The position numbers and the translations under genes are program-made. Below the pieces are notes generated by a model. The model saw only the letters and a program-made list of their open reading frames with translations. It was not told the DNA's origin and did not search any database. A stretch of 64,000 bases of DNA from an uncultured delta proteobacterium (GTDB lineage Bacteria > Myxococcota > Myxococcia > Myxococcales > Anaeromyxobacteraceae), in the NCBI GenBank assembly GCA_963814585.1, contig CAWFDF010000003.1, forward strand, positions 64,001 to 128,000, given 5' to 3'. Every line of letters starts with the position of its first letter. The first letter of the stretch is position 1. Shown one piece after another: positions 1 through 10,700 of the stretch.

Positions 1-276
1 GGCGGGCGGGCCTGGCTCTCCATCATCGCGGAGGGTCGGGCCGGCCGGCCCGACCTCTACCAGGGGCGCTTCGGGGAGATCCGCGCGCCGACGCTCCTGC
101 TGCACGGCACGCGGGACCCCCGCACCGAGCCCGGGGAGCTCGAGGCGGCGCGGCGGGCCCTCCCGTCCGCCCAGGTGGCGCTCCTCGACGCGGGCCACTG
201 CCCCCACGCCGGCGAGCGGACCGCCGCCGAGGCGACCCGGCTGGCCGTCGAGTTCCTGGAGGCTCACGCCGCGTGA
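1..276 (+). CDS. alpha/beta hydrolase, C-terminal part (5' truncated by window edge)
   Basis: Frame 1 reads ...EIRAPTLLLHGTRDPRT...LLDAGHCPH...EFLEAHAA*, the typical acid (HGxxD) and His (GH) motifs; TGA at 274-276. Confidence 0.8.
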   Translation, partial: GGRAWLSIIAEGRAGRPDLYQGRFGEIRAPTLLLHGTRDPRTEPGELEAARRALPSAQVALLDAGHCPHAGERTAAEATRLAVEFLEAHAA

Positions 277-290
277 TCCTCTTCCGGCCT

Positions 291-530
291 TCAGGTCTCC
301 TGGCCCGCGATCATGCCCAGCACCGCCCTCGCCGTGGTCGAGAGCCCCTCGGGATCGAGCGCCGCCTCCAGCCGGCGCTGCAGCATGGCGGCCTGGCAGG
401 CCTCCACCCGCCCCGCCTCGTCGAGGTCGGCCCAGGCCGGGTGCAGGCCGATGCCGCCGTCGGCGCGCCGCGGGCGCCAGGCGCCGACCGCCTGCTCGAT
501 GAGCAGCTCACGCTCCCGGTCGCCGGTCAT
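291..530 (-). CDS. small hypothetical protein (79 aa), coupled to the ECF sigma gene
   Basis: ATG at 530 overlaps the sigma-factor stop (ATGA); GGAGGAG RBS upstream; MTGDRERELLIEQAVGAWRPR... Confidence 0.7.
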   Translation of the reverse strand: MTGDRERELLIEQAVGAWRPRRADGGIGLHPAWADLDEAGRVEACQAAMLQRRLEAALDPEGLSTTARAVLGMIAGQET

Positions 531-1105
531 GGCAGCTCCTCCTCCAGGGACACGCCGCGTCGCCCCAGGCACTCGGCCAGGGCACGGCGCGCCCGGGTCA
601 CGTTCTGCAGCAGCGTGTTGAGCTTGATCCCGAGCCGGGCCGCGATGGCCTGGTCGGGCTCGCCACCCGCGGCCGCCAGCCGCGCCAGGAGCGCCTCTCG
701 CGGCTTCGGCGGGAGGAGGCGGGCGCAGGCCTCGATGGCCCTTCGCAGCAGCGGGTCCGAGGGTGCCGGCCCCGCGTCGGCGAGGCCGTCGAGGAGCCGC
801 TCGAGCGCCCTGTCGTCGCGTCCAGGTGGAAACCGCCCGCGCCTCCGCGCCTCGCTCAGGGCGAGGTTGCGAGCCACCCGGGCGGCGAAGCGGAGCAGCG
901 CGTTGGCCTTCCCGTCCGGATGGACCCTGCCCGCCAGCTGCCAGGTCCGCAGCAGCGTCTCCTGGAGCACCGCCTCGACGTCCACGGCGGCCGCGAAGGA
1001 GCGGAGGCTGGCGCGCAGCGTGTGCTCGGCCCCGGCGACCCAGGAGGCGAAGGCCTCCGGGTCGCCCTCCGCGATGCTCGCCAGGTGGACGTCGAGGTCG
1101 AGCAC
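527..1105 (-). CDS. ECF-type RNA polymerase sigma factor
   Basis: Region 2-like DVEAVLQETLLRTW...ARNLALSEARRR; region 4-like LPPKPREALL...IAARLGIKLNTLLQNVTRARRALAECL. Confidence 0.85.
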   Translation of the reverse strand: MLDLDVHLASIAEGDPEAFASWVAGAEHTLRASLRSFAAAVDVEAVLQETLLRTWQLAGRVHPDGKANALLRFAARVARNLALSEARRRGRFPPGRDDRALERLLDGLADAGPAPSDPLLRRAIEACARLLPPKPREALLARLAAAGGEPDQAIAARLGIKLNTLLQNVTRARRALAECLGRRGVSLEEELP

Positions 1106-1113
1106 GGTGCCGC

Positions 1114-3432
1114 TCAGGGACTCGCCGGCCGCAGGACCAGCTCGAGGGAGACGTCGGGCAGCTCGATCCGGGCCGGGCCGAGCCCCTCGGGGAGCGGTGA
1201 CCTCAGCCGGAGCACCAGCCGGATGGTCTGCCCCGCCTCGATGACGCCCTCGCCGGTGCCGCGGCCGGCGTCGACCTCCAGCTCGAGCGTGGTCCCATCG
1301 GAGAGGTGCGCCAGGGCCCGGGCGCCGGGGTGCCAGTCCAGCCCGTCGGCGGGGGCCTCGAGCTCGACCACCAGGCGGTCCGGCCGGCGCAGGACGAGGC
1401 GGGCGGGGAGGGACGCGGCGCTGCCGGTGGAGTCGGCGCTGGAGGCCTCGCTCTCCAGGTCGGTCCGGTCGCTGCGAAGCACCGTGTACTCATCTTGGGC
1501 ATCGAACCAGAGAGCTGCCTTTGCCGACGGTATTTGGATGGCGTTCACGGGCGACGACCGTTGCAGGCAGGCCACCGCGTGGTGGACCATCGCCGCCTGC
1601 CGCAGCCCCAGCCCCGCCACCGACGTCCCGTAGGGCAGCTGCTGGGGCATCCGCTCGCGGCGCGTCGGCCGGCGCGGGTCCACGGTCGCCTCCTCCGACA
1701 CCGCCACCCAGGAGGTGAGCCGCGTCGAGATCTGGAACGCGAGCCCCAGCTCCTCGATGGCCTGGTCGAGCCTCCTCGAGCGCGGGCTGGTCGCCACCAG
1801 CAGCTCCAGGTCCTCCACCGCCTCGCGGGCGAAGAGGGCCGGGATGGCCGCGTGGCCCTCCGCCGGGTCGTTGGCCGCCACCATGAGCGTCCGCTCGAAC
1901 GGGCCGGAGGCGGTCGAGCCGGTCACGTGGAGCTCGCCGCCGGCGGGCGCCAGCTCGAGGGCGACCAGGGCCGGCGCCCCCGCGAAGAGGTCGGGGAGGC
2001 GTTCGGGGGCCCACTTCACCAGCGCGCTCCCCGAGACCGCGAGCTCGGTCACGGCCGGCGCCACGGTGCGGGCCAGCAGCCTGGCCGCCGCGGCGTCCGG
2101 GCGCTCGTCCAGATCCACCAGCACCTCGACGCCACGGCCGGCCCGGGCCGCCGGCCCGGTGAGCGACTGGTTGGCGGCGGACCCGACGCCGACGACGTGG
2201 AGCCGGGAGCGGGCGGGGAGCTGCTCCAGGACGGTCTTCAGGATCTCCGCCTCGAAGCTGACCGCCCCGTCGCTCACCAGCACCACCTGCCGCTGCGCCT
2301 CGGGCCGGATCCCCCTCAGCGCCTCGTGGAGCGCGCCGGTCATCTCGGTGGCGCCGCCGGCCTCCAGGCCGGCCAGCCAGGCCTGCGCCTCCTTCCGGGC
2401 CCTGGCCGAGCCCTTCACCGGCCTCGGCTTCCAGCGGTGGGGGGCGTCCGAGAACTCGATCAGCTCGAGCGTGTCGGCGTCGGTGAGCGAGCCGACCAGC
2501 GCGCCGACCACCTGCTTCGCCTGATCGAGCGGCTGGCCCGACATCGAGCCGCTGGTGTCGAGCAGGACGACGAGGTCGCGGGGGAGCGCCCGCACCGACT
2601 CCGGCGTCGGCGGGACGATGGTGAGGAGGCCGAAGCGACGACCGGCCACCCGGCTCGGGGCCACGGGGCGGGTCACGTCGAGACCGACGCCCACCTCGGC
2701 CGTGGCGACCGGCCAGCGGATGGCCACGTCGCGGTCGAGCGGGACGCCCCCCTCGGCCTGCAGGCTGGCGCCGGCCGTGCCGCCCCCCGTGCGGAGCTGG
2801 AGCGCGTGTGTCGGCGACTCGAGCCGGCCGCCGCCGGCGAGCCGGTCGCCCACGGTGAGCGAGAGGGTCAGCCTGGCCGACACCTCGCCGTCGGCCACCT
2901 CCACCTCCGTCCGCCTCGCGTCCGGCACCCGCCCCTCGCCCCCCTGGTAGCGCGGCGTGAGCGCCGTGGGGAAGCGCCACTCCCAGGCCCCCTCCGGCAG
3001 CCAGGCCAGCTGCTGGTCGATGGTCAGCTCGGCGACCACCTCGGCCCCGGGCGGGACGTTGCCCAGCTCCTGGCTGAAGACGCTGCCGCGCACCTGCTCG
3101 AGCAGCGCCGCCGTCTTCCCCTCCACCAGCGCCTCCTCGTACCGCTCGCGGGCGTCGGCCATCCGGTCCACCTCGCCCACGATGCGCCGCTCGCCCAGCC
3201 GGAAGGCGAAGCCGCTCACCGCCCCGGCGTGCGGGAGCGGGAAGAGGTAGCCGACGTGCAGCGGCTCGGCGTGGACGTTCCTGAAGCGCTGCTCGAGCAT
3301 GACACGGCAGAGGCCCCCCGAGGCGGCGGCGGTCAGGCGGGTGGCGAGGAGCGGCAGGATCCGGCCGTCGACGGCGACGAGCCGCCCTCCGGCGCTGGGG
3401 TCGGTCAGCTGCGTGGCAGTCGAGGTCTTCAT
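1114..3432 (-). CDS. VIT and vWA domain protein (inter-alpha-trypsin inhibitor/LOH11CR2A-like)
   Basis: VIT motifs QRFRN...YLFPLP...AVSGF...FSQELGNVPPG; vWA MIDAS LLDTSGSMSG, GGATE, LVSDG. Confidence 0.9.
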   Translation of the reverse strand: MKTSTATQLTDPSAGGRLVAVDGRILPLLATRLTAAASGGLCRVMLEQRFRNVHAEPLHVGYLFPLPHAGAVSGFAFRLGERRIVGEVDRMADARERYEEALVEGKTAALLEQVRGSVFSQELGNVPPGAEVVAELTIDQQLAWLPEGAWEWRFPTALTPRYQGGEGRVPDARRTEVEVADGEVSARLTLSLTVGDRLAGGGRLESPTHALQLRTGGGTAGASLQAEGGVPLDRDVAIRWPVATAEVGVGLDVTRPVAPSRVAGRRFGLLTIVPPTPESVRALPRDLVVLLDTSGSMSGQPLDQAKQVVGALVGSLTDADTLELIEFSDAPHRWKPRPVKGSARARKEAQAWLAGLEAGGATEMTGALHEALRGIRPEAQRQVVLVSDGAVSFEAEILKTVLEQLPARSRLHVVGVGSAANQSLTGPAARAGRGVEVLVDLDERPDAAAARLLARTVAPAVTELAVSGSALVKWAPERLPDLFAGAPALVALELAPAGGELHVTGSTASGPFERTLMVAANDPAEGHAAIPALFAREAVEDLELLVATSPRSRRLDQAIEELGLAFQISTRLTSWVAVSEEATVDPRRPTRRERMPQQLPYGTSVAGLGLRQAAMVHHAVACLQRSSPVNAIQIPSAKAALWFDAQDEYTVLRSDRTDLESEASSADSTGSAASLPARLVLRRPDRLVVELEAPADGLDWHPGARALAHLSDGTTLELEVDAGRGTGEGVIEAGQTIRLVLRLRSPLPEGLGPARIELPDVSLELVLRPASP

Positions 3433-3468
3433 GTCGTCACTCCCCGTTGGCGATGCGTTCTACGGTCC

Positions 3469-3495
3469 AACGAACGGGAGGCCGTCCTTGTGACA
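3469..3495 (-). promoter_or_regulatory. candidate ECF sigma promoter TGTCACA-N16-CGTT
   Basis: Minus strand tgtcaca-aggacggcctcccgtt-cgtt, ending about 36 nt upstream of the VIT-vWA start; resembles the ECF41-type consensus TGTCACA-N16-CGTC. Confidence 0.5.
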
Positions 3496-3552
3496 GTGCC
3501 GCCTGCGCCGCGGCACTCCAAGGGATTTCCGGCGCCTCGCCCGCCCCGCCGC

Positions 3553-4044
3553 CTAGCCCCCGCCCGACAGCCCTCTCCGCTCGATCTTCAGCGGCGGCAA
3601 GGTCATCGGTCCGCCCCGGGCCTGGAAGGCGTCGTACTCGAGGTCGGACGGCGATCCCGCCCCCAGGACCTCCGCGAGCGTCCTCACCATGAGCCCGGCC
3701 GCCTGCTCCGTGGCCCTCGGCCCCCTCAGGTCGACCGAGTAGTTCGGAGCGCCGCGCCTCGATGGCGCCTTCCAGCCCAGCTCCAGCAGCCTGGCCGACT
3801 CCCGCGCGGAGAGCGCGCTCTCCGGGGCCAGGAAGGTGTTGCTCGACGCCTCGACGTGCAGGCTCCCCGGACCGTTCACGAAAGCCTGCACGTACCGGTT
3901 GGTCCCGCGGCGCTGGAGGATCAGGATCTGGTCCTCATCGAAGACGCCCAGCACCAGCTCCAGCTCCCGCCTCAGCCCTGCCCACGCCGTCCCGGTCTCG
4001 CTGCCCATCGGACTCCCTCCAGGCGCACTCGCGCTCGTGGCCAC
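3553..4044 (-). CDS. TY-Chap (T3SS/YbjN-like peptide-binding chaperone) domain protein
   Basis: Pattern W..L...L...L, RYVQ, VEASSNTFL, LLELGWKAP, PNY, L.EVLG..SP.DL.Y; start may be the second Met. Confidence 0.65.
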   Translation of the reverse strand: MATSASAPGGSPMGSETGTAWAGLRRELELVLGVFDEDQILILQRRGTNRYVQAFVNGPGSLHVEASSNTFLAPESALSARESARLLELGWKAPSRRGAPNYSVDLRGPRATEQAAGLMVRTLAEVLGAGSPSDLEYDAFQARGGPMTLPPLKIERRGLSGGG

Positions 4045-4302
4045 CGCTTCTCGCTCCCTGGGTCCGGGCCTGGCCGATCGCTCACCCGACCCACGTTCAC
4101 GCTACGTGGCCGACGGACATGGCTCCGGGAGCCCCGGCCGGCGTCGGGGACCTGCCGCGCAGGTCCCTCCCCGGGCGATACTGGGAGCCATGACGAGGAG
4201 TCCCACGGACGGATCGCGCGGGCGGTGGAGCTGGTCGGGGAGCTGGACTGAAGCCCGGGCCCCGGGCCTTCCCGCTCGACGGCACGGAGCGACGGTGGCC
4301 GG

Positions 4303-4725
4303 TCAGCGGATGGCCTCGAGGCGCTCCCTGGCTCTCCGGTACTTCGCCAGCCGCGCCTCCTCCTCGGGGCCGATCACCCTGAGGCGGCTCCTGTCCGAGT
4401 TGTCCGCCAGGTCGGCGAGCTTCACCCTCCTGGCCAGCCCGTTCCTGCCGGCGCGCTCGATGAAGGCCTCGTAGGTCTCGCCCTCGCCCCTCGTCAGCGC
4501 CGCCACCGCCAGGACCTCCTCCTCGGGCAGTCCCTTCCGGCGCAGCGTGTCGAGCGTGACGCCGCTGTCCTCGACGACGTCGTGCAGCACCGCCACGCGA
4601 CGCTCCTCGATCGTCTCCAGCCTGAGCATCACGCGGAGCGGATGGAGGATGTAGGCCTCGCCGGCCTTGTCCAGCTGCCCCTCGTGGACCTGCGCCGCGA
4701 GGGAGATTGCCTGTTCCAGGGTCAT
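4303..4725 (-). CDS. stand-alone HD-domain hydrolase (RelA/SpoT hydrolase-like small alarmone hydrolase)
   Basis: AAQVHEGQLDKAGEAYILHPLRV, VLHDVVED, VKLADLADN; AGGAGG RBS before ATG 4725. Confidence 0.85.
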   Translation of the reverse strand: MTLEQAISLAAQVHEGQLDKAGEAYILHPLRVMLRLETIEERRVAVLHDVVEDSGVTLDTLRRKGLPEEEVLAVAALTRGEGETYEAFIERAGRNGLARRVKLADLADNSDRSRLRVIGPEEEARLAKYRRARERLEAIR

Positions 4726-4908
4726 GTCGGTAGGTCCTCCTGCCTTCGAGCCGGGGTGTCCCGGCGCGAGCCTACGGCAAGCACGGCGGGCCGGGGAGCC
4801 GGCGAGCCGGCCTTCCCTGTGCCCCTTGCCTCGACCTGGCACCTCCTCGCCTTGACGCCCGTCACGCTCCGCCCCGATCCCGACCGTCGTGTCCGGCGGA
4901 CCGCGCCG

Positions 4909-4930
4909 TGTCCGTCCCTTGACCTATGCT
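4909..4930 (+). promoter_or_regulatory. candidate PafBC/WYL-type DNA-damage promoter TGTCCG-N10-TA-N3-T
   Basis: tgtccg-tcccttgacc-ta-tgc-t about 30 nt upstream of the AddB-like start; one mismatch to the mycobacterial TGTCGG-N10-TA-N3-T motif. Confidence 0.35.
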
Positions 4931-4959
4931 GTCGCCTGTCCGTCCGGGGACCCTCCGCC

Positions 4960-7755
4960 ATGCTCCACCTCCTCCTCTCCGCCCACGACGGCGGCACGGC
5001 CTGGCGCCACCTGCTCGCGCCGGGGGAGGCGCGCGCCGGCTTCGAGCCGGTCGGACCGCTCGGCCTGGCGCGGCGGCTCGGCCGCATCCTCGGCATCCCC
5101 GCGGAGCCGGCCAGCGCGCCGGCGCGGCTGGCGGCCTGGACGCAGCGGCTCGACCAGCACGACGACGGCACCCGCTCCTACTCGGCCTCGCGCCGGCAGG
5201 ACCCCTTCGGCGTGGCGCGCTACCTCCTCGCGCTCCGCGACGGCCTCCGGCTCTCCGGCTGGGACGGGCGCCCGCTCGGCGGCAGCGCCCGGCTCGCCGA
5301 CCTCGCGGCGCTGGAGCAGCTCGGCTCCCGGCTCCCCCCGGGCGTCCCCGACCTGGTCCGGGAGCTCGTCGACGGCCTCGCCGCCGCGGGCCGGCTGCCC
5401 TTCCCGGTGAGCGTCGAGCTCGCGTCGCCCCGGCGCGCCTTCCAGCCGCTGGTGCGGCAGCTCCTCGAGGCGCTCGCCACCGCCGGCGCCGTGGTCCACG
5501 ACCCGCCCGCGCCATCGGCGCTGGCGCCCGGCTCCACCGACCTCGGCCGCGTGCAGCGCGCCCTGCTCGATCCGACCTCCGCGCGCCCCGCGCTCGCGGG
5601 CGACGGCACGCTCCTGCTCCTCGAGGCCGACACGCCCATCGAGGCGGCCGAGCTGGCGGCCTCCTTCGCCCGCACCCGCCCCCTCGCCGACGCCACCTTC
5701 GTGGTGGCCACCGAGCCCTCCACGCTCGACACGGCGCTGGCGCGCCAGGGGCTCCCCACCCTCGGCCTCCCCTCCTCGTCCCACCTCCGGCCGCACCTGC
5801 AGCTGCTCCCCCTGCGCCTCACCCTCGCCTTCAGGCCGCAGGATCCATTCCGCGCCGCCGAGCTGCTGCTGCTCCCGGGGGCGCCGCTGGCCGGCCACGC
5901 CCGGCGCAGGCTGCTCGCCGCGCTCACCCGGATGCCCGGCATCGGCAGCCCGGAGTGGATGCACGCCATCGATGGCGCCGTCGCCGACGAGATCCGGTTC
6001 GCCGCCGGGCGCGGCGAGAAACCCGCGGAGGCCGAGGAGGCCGGCGCCTCGCTCCGCGCCCGCATCGAGACGTGGCTTGGCGGCGACCTGCACGATCCCG
6101 TCGAGGGGATCCCGGCCGCCCGGGCGGCGGCGCTCTGCTCGGAGCTGGCCACCTGGGCCGGCGGCCGGGTGAAGGGCGCGCTCGAGGAGGAGGCGGCAGG
6201 GCCGGGGGGCGGCGCGGCCGGCGACGCCTCGTCCTGGGCCCACGCCGCCGCCGTGGCGCGGACGCTGGAGCAGCTGCTCATCGCCCGTCCTCCCGGCGAG
6301 CGGCTCACCCAGCAGGCCCTCCTGCAGCTCCACGGCCTGGCGGTCGGCGACGGCTCCGACCTGGCCGCCTTCGCCGGGGAGGCCGGTCGCCCGGCGCTCG
6401 CCTCGGCGCCGGGCGGCGTGACCTCGCCCTGCGCCGAGGTGGTCTGGTGGGGCTTCGTCGTCGACGCCGACCCGGGCCCGGCCCCCGAGCCGTGGACCGG
6501 CACCGAGCGGGCGGCGCTGATCGCCGCCGGCGTCACCCTCCCCGCGCCCGGCGAGCGACGCTCCGTCGAGGCCGACGGCTGGCGCCAGCCGCTCCTCTCG
6601 GCGCGCGAGCGGCTGGTCCTGGTCCGGTGGCGCCTCTCGGGCGCCGAGCCCATCCCGCCCCACGCCTTCCTCGACGAGCTCACCACCCGCGTCGCCGACG
6701 GCGCGCTGGCCTCCTGCACGGTGACCTCCGAGCAGCTGCTCCGCGCCAGGGCCGCCGGCGGGCCGTGGAAGCCGGCCACCACCAGCGTCGCCCCCCAGGA
6801 CCTGCTGGCGCAGCGGCCGGCCTGGACCGTGCCGCCCGGGACGGTCGCGCCCATGGCGACGCTCTCCGCCTCGGCGCTCGAGTCCTACCTCGGCTGTCCC
6901 TTCAGCTGGGCGCTCCACTACGCTGCGCAGCTCCGGCCGGGCGGCGGCGTGAGCCTGCCGGAGGGGAGCCAGCTGCTCGGCACCTTCGCCCACGGGATCC
7001 TGCAGGACATGCTCTGCGGGCCGGACCGGCTTCCCTTCCCGGAGGCGACGGCGGCCGACGCCCGGGCCTGGGCCGAGCGGGCGTTCGACGCCCGGGTCGG
7101 CGTCGAGGCCGCGCCGCTGGTCCGGCGCGGCGGCGAGGTGGAGCTCGAGCGGGCCCGCACGCTGGTGGCCAGCGCGGCCGGCTCGCTGCTCGAGACGCTG
7201 CAGCGCTCCGGCTGGAGGCCGGTGGACGCCGAGCGCGAGGTGGCCGGCCGCTTCGCCGGCCTCCCGGCCTCGGGCTACGTGGACCTGGTGGTCGAGAAGA
7301 AGGGCGTCGAGGCGGTCGTCGACCTGAAGCTCTCCGGGCTCAGGTACCGCCAGTCGGAGCTCGAGGAGGGGCGCGCGCTCCAGATCGCGCTCTACGCCTC
7401 GATGCTCGGGAGGCAGGGCGCACCCCTGCCGCCGTCCGGGTTCTTCATCCTGGAGGACGGGCGGCTCCTCACCACCGAGCCGCAGGCCTTCCCCGGCGCC
7501 ACGGTGGTCGAGGGGCCGGGATCGCAGGCCACGCTGGAGGGATCCGAGGAGGGCTTCGGCTACTGGAGGAAGGTCCTGGCCAAGGGCGTGCTGCCGGTGC
7601 TCCACGAGGAGCTGGACTGGGAGCCTGCCGTGACCGCCGCCGCCGGCCCGCCGCCCGCGGCCGACTCGCCGGCGCGCCGGCCGCCGCCGTGCCGGTACTG
7701 CGACTACCGGGCCATCTGCGTCCCGCCGGCCCTCGTGGACGAGGAGGCGCCGTGA
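4960..7755 (+). CDS. AddB-like helicase/nuclease subunit B (inactive helicase fold + PD-(D/E)XK nuclease, Fe-S Cys)
   Basis: LSASALESYLGCPF, GYVDLVV...VVDLK, LQIALYA, C-terminal CRYCDYRAIC; overlaps the next gene (GTGA). Confidence 0.85.
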   Translation: MLHLLLSAHDGGTAWRHLLAPGEARAGFEPVGPLGLARRLGRILGIPAEPASAPARLAAWTQRLDQHDDGTRSYSASRRQDPFGVARYLLALRDGLRLSGWDGRPLGGSARLADLAALEQLGSRLPPGVPDLVRELVDGLAAAGRLPFPVSVELASPRRAFQPLVRQLLEALATAGAVVHDPPAPSALAPGSTDLGRVQRALLDPTSARPALAGDGTLLLLEADTPIEAAELAASFARTRPLADATFVVATEPSTLDTALARQGLPTLGLPSSSHLRPHLQLLPLRLTLAFRPQDPFRAAELLLLPGAPLAGHARRRLLAALTRMPGIGSPEWMHAIDGAVADEIRFAAGRGEKPAEAEEAGASLRARIETWLGGDLHDPVEGIPAARAAALCSELATWAGGRVKGALEEEAAGPGGGAAGDASSWAHAAAVARTLEQLLIARPPGERLTQQALLQLHGLAVGDGSDLAAFAGEAGRPALASAPGGVTSPCAEVVWWGFVVDADPGPAPEPWTGTERAALIAAGVTLPAPGERRSVEADGWRQPLLSARERLVLVRWRLSGAEPIPPHAFLDELTTRVADGALASCTVTSEQLLRARAAGGPWKPATTSVAPQDLLAQRPAWTVPPGTVAPMATLSASALESYLGCPFSWALHYAAQLRPGGGVSLPEGSQLLGTFAHGILQDMLCGPDRLPFPEATAADARAWAERAFDARVGVEAAPLVRRGGEVELERARTLVASAAGSLLETLQRSGWRPVDAEREVAGRFAGLPASGYVDLVVEKKGVEAVVDLKLSGLRYRQSELEEGRALQIALYASMLGRQGAPLPPSGFFILEDGRLLTTEPQAFPGATVVEGPGSQATLEGSEEGFGYWRKVLAKGVLPVLHEELDWEPAVTAAAGPPPAADSPARRPPPCRYCDYRAICVPPALVDEEAP

Positions 7756-10700
7756 AGATCGACGTGGTCAGCGCCAGCGCCGGCACCGGCAAGACCTACC
7801 GCCTCACCGGCGAGCTCGCCGCGGCCCTCCTCGACGGCAGCGCCCGCCCCGAGGGCGTGGTGGCCATCACCTACACGGTGAAGGCGGCCGGCGAGCTGGA
7901 GAGCCGCATCCGCGCCAGGCTGCTCGAGTCGGGGCGCGCCGACCTGGCCGGGCGCGTCCGCGACGGCTACATCGGCACCATCCACTCGGTGTGCCAGCGG
8001 CTCCTGCGGGAGTTCTCGCTGGAGGCCGGGATCTCCCCGTACCTCGAGCCCATCCCCGAGTCGGAGCGGAGGCGCCTCTTCGACGTCGCCCTCTCCTCGG
8101 TGCTGGCGGGGCGGGGCGCCCGGGTCAACGAGCTGGCGCGGCGGCTCGAGCTGGAGGACTGGAAGGCGAAGCTCCTCGCCATCGTCGACGCCGCCCGGAA
8201 CAACGGCATGGACCGGGCCGCGGTGCTGCGCTCGGCCGAGGCCAGCCGCACCAGCCTGGCGAGGCTGCTCGGCACGCCGACCATCGACGGGCCGACGTAC
8301 CTCGGGAAGCTCAGGGCCGCCCACGCCAGGCTCCAGCCCACGCTGGACGAGCAGGCGGCCGCCACCGGCCAGGACGCCTCCAGGGAGCGGGCCGACCTGG
8401 GCCGGAGGCTGGGGGCGGTCCTCGACCGCGGCCTCATGCCCTCCTGGAAGAGCCAGTCCCAGCTCGCCTCGAAGGTGGACATGAAGAAGCTGTCTGCCTG
8501 GTCGAGCGACTACGTCGAGCTGGCCTCCCAGCACGCCGCCTGCGCCGCCTTCCACGAGGACGTGCTGGGAATGCAGGAGGCCCTCTTCGACCTCGCCGGC
8601 CAGGCCCTCGGCGCCTTCGTCGCCGAGAAGGGGGCGGCCAGCGTCATCGACTTCGGCGACATGCTGGCGCAGGCGCGCGAGGTGCTGGCCTGGCCGGCGG
8701 TGCAGGAGGCGCTGCGGACCCGGCTCGACCTCGTGCTGGTGGACGAGTTCCAGGACACCTCCCCGCTCCAGCTGGCGGTGGTCGGCGCCCTGAGCGACCT
8801 GGCGCGGCGCTCGGTCTGGGTCGGCGACCGGAAGCAGGCGATCTTCGCCTTCCAGGGCACCGACCCCGAGCTGATGTCCGCCGCCACCGAGGCCGCGCTC
8901 GGCGGCCGCGCGCCGGACATCCTCGGGAAGTCCTGGCGCTCCCGCAAGGACCTGGTCGAGCTGGTGTCGGACCTCTTCAGCGAGGCGCTCGCCCCGCACG
9001 GCTTCCCCCCGGAGCAGGTGCGGCTCGAGCCGGCCAAGACCGATCCGGAGGCGCTGGCGCGGCAGCCGGCCTTCGAGTGCTGGCGCTGGGCCGGCGCCTC
9101 CGAGCCGCGCCACGGCGTGAAGGTGAACGCCTCCGAGGCCCACGCCCTGGCCGCCGGGGTGGCCGAGCTGCTCCAGGATCCGCCGCTGGTGCGCGAGCGC
9201 GGCACCGGTGACGTCGAGCCGCTGCGGCTCGCCACCCGCCGCGACGTCGCCATCCTGGCCCGGTCCAACTCGCGCTGCCAGGAGATCGCCGCGGCGCTCC
9301 GGGTCCGCGGCATCCCGGCCAAGGTCTCGCTCGCCGGCGTCACCCTCACGCCGGAGGGCGTGCTGGCGCGGGCCGCGCTGGCGCTGCTCGCCGACCCGCA
9401 GGACGGGGTGGCCGCGCTCGAGGTGGGCTGGCTGGGCGGCGCCGCCGCCGGCGACCCGGACGCCTGGCTCTCGCGGAGGCTGCTGGAGGTGTCGGCCTGG
9501 CGGGCCGCCGTCGAGGCGGCCGGGAAGGAGAAGGAGCGGAGGCCGCCGCTGCCGCTGGCCTTCCAGGACGACCCGCGCATCGCCGGGCTGCGGAGCGCCG
9601 GCCCGGCCGCCGAGCGGCTCTCGCCGGCGCAGGCCCTCGACCTGGCCATCCGCACCGCCGGCCTCCCCGACCTGGTCCGGGCCTGGCCCGAGCCCGGGCA
9701 GCGGCTCGCCAACCTGGAGGCGCTCCGCGCCGAGGCGCTGGCCTACGAGCAGCTCTGCGACGCCGGGAGCAGCGCCGCCACCATGCTCGGGCTGGTCGCC
9801 CACCTCGCCAGTCTCGGCGACGACACCGAGGCCGGCCGGCAGGCGGCGCCCAGCTCCGAGGACGCCGTCTCGGTGGTCACCTGGCACAAGGCCAAGGGGC
9901 TGGAGTGGCCGGTGGTGATCCTCTCCCACCTCGACCACGCGCGGGAGCGGAGCGCCTTCGACGTGGCGGTGGAGGGCGCGGCGGCCTTCGACTTCGGCCG
10001 CCCGCTCGCGGGGCGCTGGATCCGCTGGTGGCCCTGGCCCTACGGGAGGATGAGCAAGGGGCTGGCCCTGATCGGCGCGGCGGCGGCGACGCCCGAGGCC
10101 CGGCGGGCGGCGCTGTCCGACCACCGCGAGCGGCTGCGGGTGCTCTACGTGGGCTTCACCCGGGCCCGCGACCTGCTGGTGCTGGCGGCGAAGGTCTCCG
10201 GGAAGAGCGGCCCGGCCACGGCGGCGCTCGACCTGCTGCGAGGCGCCGGCGACCAGGCGCTCCTCGAGGCGCCGTTCGAGGCGGCCCCGGGCCCGTCGTC
10301 GATCGGCGTCGGCGAGGCGGCCTGGCCGTGCCGGGTGCGCGAGGTCTCCGGCCTGCCGCCGCTGGCGGCGGCGCCGGCGAGGGCCGCGACGCGCTGGTAC
10401 GCCGCGGCCGCGCGGACCGGGCGGCCGCCCGAGCTGGTCAACCCGTCGACGGAGCCGCTCGCGGGTGAGGTGAGGATCGTGTCGGTCGAGCGGCTGGGTG
10501 GCCGCAGGCCGCTCGAGGCCAGGCCGGAGCAGGCGGGGCTGGTCGGCGACGCCATCCACGGCTTCCTGGCGGCCGACCGGCCCGGCGAGGCCGCGGCCCG
10601 CTCCGACATGGCCACCCGCATCCTGAAGGCCTTCGGCGTGGTCGGGGCGGTGGCGCCGGAGACGCTCCTGTCGGCCTCCGACGCCCTCCGCGCCTGGCTC

